A DNA stretch of 64,000 nt from Fibrobacteria bacterium (GTDB lineage: Bacteria > Fibrobacterota > Fibrobacteria > UBA11236 > JADFYW01): the NCBI GenBank assembly GCA_050294405.1, contig JBNKOC010000011.1, positions 41,030 to 105,029 of the forward strand, given 5' to 3'. A program made the translations under genes and the position numbers. Below are positions 58,601 through 64,000 of this stretch, piece by piece. Within the stretch, counting starts at the first letter, position 1. Every line of letters begins with the position of its first letter. Under the pieces are notes generated by a model. It saw only the letters and a list, made by a program, of their open reading frames with translations. It searched no databases and was not told the origin of the DNA.

Positions 58601-59416
58601 ATAAAAGATGAAGTAGATGATAGGGTTCCGGGAGAAGAATTAGAAAATGTGACGGGACCCATAGAAGTGCAAAATACTCTTGATTCCAGCTCTATGGAAA
58701 GTTTACCCAAGGGCAAAAACAGTGGGAATATGTTACACCAGTTAATGGAGGAAATTCCTTTATCCCATTGGCAAGGCTTTAGCAGTCTTGCGGAAGCAAA
58801 TAGGGATAAACTTCTTTCGGAGGCTCTGGATAACGCCCTTGCCAAATACGGTTTGTCCAATAAATACAAGGCCTCCGCAATGGATATTTTATGGCGCAGC
58901 GCAAAAAGCAATATCCAAATCTCTTATAAGGAAAGGGGTTCTTTCCAGCTTTGCCAGATTACTCAGGCCATACCCGAAATGGAATTCCATATATCTATGG
59001 GGCCGGACAATGAGCCTTTTTACAAGGGGAGCGAGAGCAACTATTTGCTGGGTTATATGGATCTGGTTTTTAAATTAGACCAACAATATTATGTATTGGA
59101 TTGGAAATCCAACAGCTTGGATTCTTATGGCCCTTTGGCGCTAGCCCGCAGTATGGAGGAAAGCCAATACAATTTGCAAGCCATGATTTATGCTTTGGCC
59201 CTTCACGGCTGGCTTAAATCCAAAATTCCTAATTATGACCCCCATAAACATTTTGGCGGCGTTTTTTACATCTACATGAGAGGGATGGATGATAAAGGAA
59301 ATGGTTGCTATTTTCAAAAACCTTCTCTGGAAGATTTAGAACAACATTATCCCAAATTATTAAAAGATATTTTCAGCCAACGTTCTAAACCTTTTCAGGA
59401 GGTCATTCTCAAATGA
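55652..59416 (+). CDS. recB: RecB (exonuclease V beta) helicase-nuclease
   Basis: EASAGTGKT, DEFQDT, VGDPKQSIY, TIHASKGL, YVALTRA, GYMDL..DWKS nuclease domain. Confidence 0.93.
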   Translation: MPEPKLQEKALWEKLDLKSHNFIEASAGTGKTYTLEHFIFRILSEPGLGPGNSYVGLDNIVVLTYTEKAAGEIRERVRNLIYKKWLELSQQIGDSDLLGQLEKNLNGFDNACIFTIHGWCKYLLNRYAFELGQNLSSELVDNSTSYLEALLRAKREKWPSFNAERLKRILKFTQDTQYNQKDLLESILSQFNYQGPLGNNNIDEIEPFLSLKNHSGEKGEKNYQKTRTQLLGFLSDVNNALSQATGKNKTEAKDFKRSNECLDQIRVALLELEKWTEGFQLDDVYDFMSRHPLLQKNLLADRAPTLRLAKPLRDKYPELHQQVEKLGIELIKTLQPWVEIIQKLGSISPQVWRDIQEMLEYAFEEGEKKKRGKGEMSFDDMILNVLKACENKESDFVNLIRDQYQYAIVDEFQDTNLLQWSIFKKIFLDATKENGNGPRLCLVGDPKQSIYAFQGADVSSYLLARKKLLDCGGKLESLDKNYRSSPELIEAFNEIFSYPQWFSRSEQTKDNSIYYKEAICGKTESKQAIKLLDKGPFKKHTYPVHLNDLTHLEGADLLKRSQASWLASQIEELVPKNKENIFINIVQNQLERPLMYRDICVLVQKHSEGEYLKELLAQKGIPFLIYKENGLFQSNSCIQLCSMLEALFERGWGPKSKRTLLGDFFHFSGNLFNGSLDVSDYPVIKSKFEKWKEFAALKKWQKLFSSLMEDSGILYRQILYPDGNKRISAYRQIIQYLLEFVAYEAEGLEDFIVVLRRLIRQEVSPEGEGQLFKKESDEDAVRIMTIHASKGLQFPVVMLMAGTHYYQNSEPYIVRRKEEGGRIYNLALKSPSANQDKEKARQQAEEEFSRLYYVALTRAQFRLYLPLYGWEAKEGVKAPKNAHCAKLFFSPALHKAAKEKPDLFYIHNPEAEPEKELGNVSHTENPVSQNLQKGISIAEQIPFPLENPEYAEKLLDVLRYQSQSSYSSLARHISGETSIEGRQIKDEVDDRVPGEELENVTGPIEVQNTLDSSSMESLPKGKNSGNMLHQLMEEIPLSHWQGFSSLAEANRDKLLSEALDNALAKYGLSNKYKASAMDILWRSAKSNIQISYKERGSFQLCQITQAIPEMEFHISMGPDNEPFYKGSESNYLLGYMDLVFKLDQQYYVLDWKSNSLDSYGPLALARSMEESQYNLQAMIYALALHGWLKSKIPNYDPHKHFGGVFYIYMRGMDDKGNGCYFQKPSLEDLEQHYPKLLKDIFSQRSKPFQEVILK

Positions 59417-61587
59417 ACAGCCTTCAAAGCTACAGAATGTTATGGAATAAAAATAAATTAAGGGGAAACTTCCCTTCAGTGACCTTCGACAACTTTTCCC
59501 AATGGAATTTTGCCAGTTGGAACAGTTTGTTGCTTTTGGAGGCGGGAATTATTTCTCCAATGGATTTACAAGGCATGAGACTGCTTTTGGAAAGTTCGGG
59601 ATACGCAGAAGATGGAAAAAAAGCTGAGCTTTTGGAGTTTTTCCTCAGCCATATGTATGGCTGGCTTAATGAGGGCAATGTGCGCCTGGGGGACATAGAA
59701 GAAAATAACCAAATTAGCATAGAAAAAGATTGTGCCCTTCAAATGGAGCGAGCCCTCTCCCTACTTTCAGAAAAAAGGGGGGAAGAGGAGAATGTTCTCC
59801 ACTCTCAATTTATTGATGTTAATCGTTTACTTGTTGAACAAGAATGCGAAAGTTATTCCAAAAGATTTTGTGAGTTAGTTACTAGCGGAGAATTTTCCGG
59901 GCTTTTGGAAAAATTCAATCCTGAGCTGGCGGAAAATAATTTTCCTTCCAAGCCTATCTTGTACCAAGTGGAAAATAGTCCCGGGTTTTATTTCCAAAAG
60001 TTTGCCCTGGCTAAAAGTAAACTATTCGGACAACTTAAAAAATTGGCGGAGGCCCCCAAGCTTTTACAAGATGAAGTTCACATATTGGATGCTCTTGAAG
60101 AACTGCTGCACAAATCGCCTTTGATGTTAGCTTCCAATACTCCTCTTCAAATGAATAAAGAGCAAATATCGGCTTTAACCTTAGCGGCAAATTACCCTCT
60201 TTGCATAATTACAGGTGGGCCCGGAACGGGAAAAACCACTATCGCCCTAAATGTGCTCCGGCTTTTACGGAGGCTTCGAAATTTGCAGCCAAAAGATATT
60301 GCACTGTGCGCTCCTACGGGAAGGGCAGCGGCTCGCCTACAGGAATCCATTCAATTAGGCCTTCAAAGTCTATCTTCACTGAATCCAGGGGTGGAAGAAG
60401 ATTTAAAGTTACAGGATGTTTATGCCCGAACCCTCCACGGAACCTTAGGCTTTCAACCGGGGAAATCTCATTTTAAACACCATGTTTATAACCCCCTTCC
60501 CCATAAATTGGTAATTGTGGATGAAGCCAGCATGGTGGACCTGGTTTTGTTTCAAAAGCTGTTAGATGCCTTGCCCGCTGATGCCAGTTTAATCTTAATG
60601 GGAGATAAAAATCAGTTGCCCTCGGTGAATGCCGGTATGGTATTGGGAGAATTGGCCGGAGGAATTGATTCCAATGGCAAACAAATGTTTCCCCAGAGGG
60701 TTGTGGAATTGCGGGAATCCCGTCGCTCGACTCCGGAAATTTTGGAATTAGCCGAATCCATAAAATCGGGAAATGACATGGGTTTTAAAATTGATAAAAC
60801 CATCTTAGTGGATACATCAGCAAATCAAAAGTCCATGTTATTACCCCAAGGCCCTGCCTGGATTCAATTAAATAATACCAATTCACAGCAAGCCTTCCAC
60901 GGGGCCTTACATTTTTGGACGGACAACATTTATTTTAACAACAATAACGGGCAGGACATTCTTCCTGAAATTCTGGAAAAAATCTATCAGCTATCAGAGG
61001 GGGTGGAATGGGCCGAAGCTACATTTACCAAAACTCAGGAAACTCTAAATAATTCCCCTTGGCAATTATTAAATATGGCGCTAGAGTATTTGGAAAAGGG
61101 CAGGTGTTTGTGTTTTCATAGGCGAGGGTTTTTTGGAGTACAATACATCAACGATTACATGATGGCTTTGATGGTTAAAAAACTTCCACAGTTCATGCAA
61201 TCTTTTTCTACAACTAAAATTTTTTCAGGGATGCCCATTGTGTTAACATCCAACCACCCACATCTAAAACTGTTTAATGGGGATACGGGAATGCTAATCC
61301 AAACCAGGGCCGGCCACAGGGTTTATTTTAAAAAATTCGGCAATATTGAAAGTTTTCCCCTTGGGGAGTTTTCTTCCTGGGAAGCGGCTTATGCAAGTAC
61401 GGTTCACAAAGCTCAGGGCAGCGAGTACGAAAATGTATTGTTAGTACTGCCGCAAAAATTCAGCCGGCTTATGAGCCGTGAAATTTTTTATACTGCCTTA
61501 ACCCGGGCCAAAAATTTTGTGGGTTTGTTTGGAACAGAGGAAATGGCCCGCCGATGTATAAGGGAAAAGATATTGAGAAAAAGTTAA
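59413..61587 (+). CDS. recD: RecD (exonuclease V alpha) helicase
   Basis: TGGPGTGKTT, APTGRAA, VDEASM, GDKNQLPSV, TVHKAQGSE, YTALTRA. Confidence 0.94.
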   Translation: MNSLQSYRMLWNKNKLRGNFPSVTFDNFSQWNFASWNSLLLLEAGIISPMDLQGMRLLLESSGYAEDGKKAELLEFFLSHMYGWLNEGNVRLGDIEENNQISIEKDCALQMERALSLLSEKRGEEENVLHSQFIDVNRLLVEQECESYSKRFCELVTSGEFSGLLEKFNPELAENNFPSKPILYQVENSPGFYFQKFALAKSKLFGQLKKLAEAPKLLQDEVHILDALEELLHKSPLMLASNTPLQMNKEQISALTLAANYPLCIITGGPGTGKTTIALNVLRLLRRLRNLQPKDIALCAPTGRAAARLQESIQLGLQSLSSLNPGVEEDLKLQDVYARTLHGTLGFQPGKSHFKHHVYNPLPHKLVIVDEASMVDLVLFQKLLDALPADASLILMGDKNQLPSVNAGMVLGELAGGIDSNGKQMFPQRVVELRESRRSTPEILELAESIKSGNDMGFKIDKTILVDTSANQKSMLLPQGPAWIQLNNTNSQQAFHGALHFWTDNIYFNNNNGQDILPEILEKIYQLSEGVEWAEATFTKTQETLNNSPWQLLNMALEYLEKGRCLCFHRRGFFGVQYINDYMMALMVKKLPQFMQSFSTTKIFSGMPIVLTSNHPHLKLFNGDTGMLIQTRAGHRVYFKKFGNIESFPLGEFSSWEAAYASTVHKAQGSEYENVLLVLPQKFSRLMSREIFYTALTRAKNFVGLFGTEEMARRCIREKILRKS

Positions 61588-61616
61588 GTTCCCTTCCGGG
61601 TAACCTAACGACTTGA

Positions 61617-62771
61617 CTAAGCGTTCGCTCTAATTTCAGCGGCCTTGTCCAGCCACTTATCAAACAACAACTCTTCCTGCCATTTCATAAGCTTAGCAGC
61701 CTTGCGCATGGACTCCTTATCTCGAACCCCAGTTTCCACAATGGCATTTAAAGATTCCCGATTAATAAGGAGCGACTCAGGCAATTCCAGTTCCTTGGCC
61801 AAATCATCGCGCACTTGTTTAATGGCTTCCAGCAGCTTGGGGTCTTTAGGCTTGGAAGGGAAGTTTTTGTTTTTAAGGCGTTGAGGCCAATTTGAAATGT
61901 CCTCGTCCATTCCAATTTTTAAAGCCTTGGAAAGAGAGTTTCTAAAACTGGCGTGGGTTTTGTAATGCAATTTGTTCCATTTTATAGCTTGTTTAGGCTC
62001 TCCTGGAATATTGTTGCACAAATCCAAGATAGCCTCATTGTTCATTATCTTGTAAGGCGGCTTATTTTTATTTTGGGCCGTGTCGTCCCTCCAGCTCCAG
62101 ATGGTTTTTAAAGCCTGCAGCTGCCGGGGGAGCATTTTAGAACTTCCCTTAATACGCCAAACTTTGTCCGGTTCCACTTCCTTTTTTATTTGGGCCTGGG
62201 CAATTAACAAATCGCAAAATTCTTTGTGCCAATGTAAGCGCCCTTTTTCCTTAAGCTGCTTTTTTAAAACCTTGTACAACTCCGGCAGCAAATAAGTGTC
62301 CTTGGCTGCGTACTCAATAAGTTCGGGATCCAAGGGGCGGTTAGACCAGTTGGCCCTTTGAAATTGCTTGTCCAAAGCCTCTCCAAAGAATTTTTTGACC
62401 AATGCCCCCAAACCAAATTCCAGTTCGCCAATAAGCCGGGCGGCTATCATGGTGTCGAAAATTTCTGCCGGGGCGAAGTTGTAGTGTTGTTGCAGGGTTC
62501 GCAAGTCAAAGTCCGCCCCGTGCATAATAAGGCATTTGTCCTGTAAGGCCTCAAGCACGGGCGCCACATCTACCCCTGAGAGGACATCCAGCACATAACA
62601 CTCTTTTTTAACCAGAAACTGGAAAAGGCTGACTTCGTTGAAGTAGTGGTACATATTGTCCACTTCTATATCGAAATAGGCCTTGGAATCCTTGGAAAGC
62701 AGTTTGGCTAGCTTGTCGGTCCCTTCCTGGGTATCGATATAGTGGATTTTATTGGTAAATTCTCGGGACAT
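61617..62771 (-). CDS. rnd: Ribonuclease D (DEDDy exonuclease plus HRDC)
   Basis: FDIE, HGADFD, FDTMIAA, NWSNRPL, YAAKDT, WRD..PPY. Confidence 0.9.
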   Translation of the reverse strand: MSREFTNKIHYIDTQEGTDKLAKLLSKDSKAYFDIEVDNMYHYFNEVSLFQFLVKKECYVLDVLSGVDVAPVLEALQDKCLIMHGADFDLRTLQQHYNFAPAEIFDTMIAARLIGELEFGLGALVKKFFGEALDKQFQRANWSNRPLDPELIEYAAKDTYLLPELYKVLKKQLKEKGRLHWHKEFCDLLIAQAQIKKEVEPDKVWRIKGSSKMLPRQLQALKTIWSWRDDTAQNKNKPPYKIMNNEAILDLCNNIPGEPKQAIKWNKLHYKTHASFRNSLSKALKIGMDEDISNWPQRLKNKNFPSKPKDPKLLEAIKQVRDDLAKELELPESLLINRESLNAIVETGVRDKESMRKAAKLMKWQEELLFDKWLDKAAEIRANA

Positions 62772-62950
62772 ATATTTATTTCCAGGATAATAAAATAACT
62801 GGTGGGAAAGACAAGACTCAAGTTTTTTTTAAATTTTGGACATGAAATTACGATCACTAACGGGCAACACAAAAGTCTAGGCTGTTCATTTGGTTTCAGG
62901 CTGTGGGATTATTTGCTAGAAACTACAGTTTTAGAGAAAATCCTAAAATT

Positions 62951-63313
62951 ATGAAAGCTGTTGTAAGAACAAAAGAAGTTAAACTGCTTGCAGAGGGCTA
63001 TCTGTCCGTATTTCTAATAAAAGCCCTCAAAACTGAATTTGGCCGCAAATTAGTGCTCAAAGAAAGTAAAATTGGAAAAAGTTATTTTAGTTCCTCAACA
63101 GTTAAGTCTTTGAAGAAGCTAAAGACCCCAGGAGAACGTCTTCGCTGTTGTCGAGAAGGCCTGAAAATGACCCAAGGTAAACTGGGTAAAAAACTGAAGG
63201 TTTCCCACAACTATGTATCAGCCTGGGAACGGGGTACCCGTCCAATTACCAAAACTAAAGTTATAGCTTTAGGGGAGCTATTCCATCTTCCATACTCCAT
63301 ATTTGAGAGTTAA
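62951..63313 (+). CDS. XRE-family HTH protein (HigA-like antitoxin)
   Basis: TPGERLR..REG..MTQGKLG..VSAWERGTRPI; ATG at 62951 preferred over GTG at 62903. Confidence 0.75.
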   Translation: MKAVVRTKEVKLLAEGYLSVFLIKALKTEFGRKLVLKESKIGKSYFSSSTVKSLKKLKTPGERLRCCREGLKMTQGKLGKKLKVSHNYVSAWERGTRPITKTKVIALGELFHLPYSIFES

Positions 63314-64000
63314 AAGTGGTCTGTTTCAAATGAAGCAGTAAGCTGGATTGTCTTAAAAAATAGTCCTTAGAAGATTAGGTGTAAAGTATTTCGACAGTTT
63401 GCGCATATTTGTTACCGTTCTGTATTGATGAAAGGTAAAAAGAACGCTTTTTTAAAAAACCTGTTGAAAAGTAAAGAAACATTGCTAAGTTAATAAATGT
63501 TACTGATGTTTAGGCTTTATTCTTTTAGATATTTATGTATGCGCCTAAGCTAATGTACGTATCTCTAAAATAGGTTTTTTTTAAACCGTTATTTTGTTTA
63601 AATAACTGGGTAATAATAGAGTTGCCGAATCTAAAGATTGGTGTTTTAATTCGCGTAGCTCAATTTTATACCGTTAATAGGGCTTGGCTCCTATTTGATA
63701 ATATCTCTTTGCTGATTTTTCTGGTATTGCTTTATTCCAGGAAGTTTTAAAGTTATTGGTATCTGATATAGCTCTGTTCAGCAATATTTGAGAAATTTTA
63801 GTTTGTTAACATATAACATATATAATGTATTTCTTTTGCACAACATTGCACACGTTTTGCAATTATTTGCACAAATTTTATAATGAACTTTTTTTCATAA
63901 AAAAATATTTGGAAATTAAAAAATGTGTTTGTAGGTTTTTAAGCTGAATTCTGAATATGTATTATAAAAAGTGAGATTTACAATTTTTTAAAGATTATGG

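Overview
Chromosomal window from an AT-rich bacterium, most likely Fibrobacterota (TIGR02147-type gene followed by a lipoprotein, Fibrobacter-like LexA and operator, secreted enzymes with C-terminal sorting tails; this taxonomy is inference). Housekeeping blocks: lexA, yebC-ruvCAB, smpB-amidase, HU/IHF, tatC-carA-rlmB, recC(split)-recB-recD and rnd. The main accessory feature is an 18-gene, ~18 kb minus-strand operon (23668-41532) that looks like a highly reducing type II PKS/FAS cluster: ACP, KS, chain-length factor, FabD, FabG, two dehydratases, an MBL hydrolase, SDRs, a Tat-exported flavoenzyme, Lol-like export and an outer-membrane barrel. Its first genes are an aromatic aminotransferase and indolepyruvate:ferredoxin oxidoreductase (IorAB), translationally coupled to fabD and the ACP, which suggests an arylacetyl-CoA starter route. 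Other notable items: three ~114 bp bulged palindromes spaced one gene apart around foreign-looking genes; a TatA/B-like anchor fused to 5-formyl-THF cyclo-ligase behind tatC; an in-frame TAG inside recC; an ERIC-like element that supplies the ruvC RBS; an ECF sigma promoter motif present twice; and a sigma54 promoter with enhancer before a PEP-CTERM gene. I found no tRNA, rRNA, CRISPR array or transposase. All calls come from motif recognition by eye; no searches were run.
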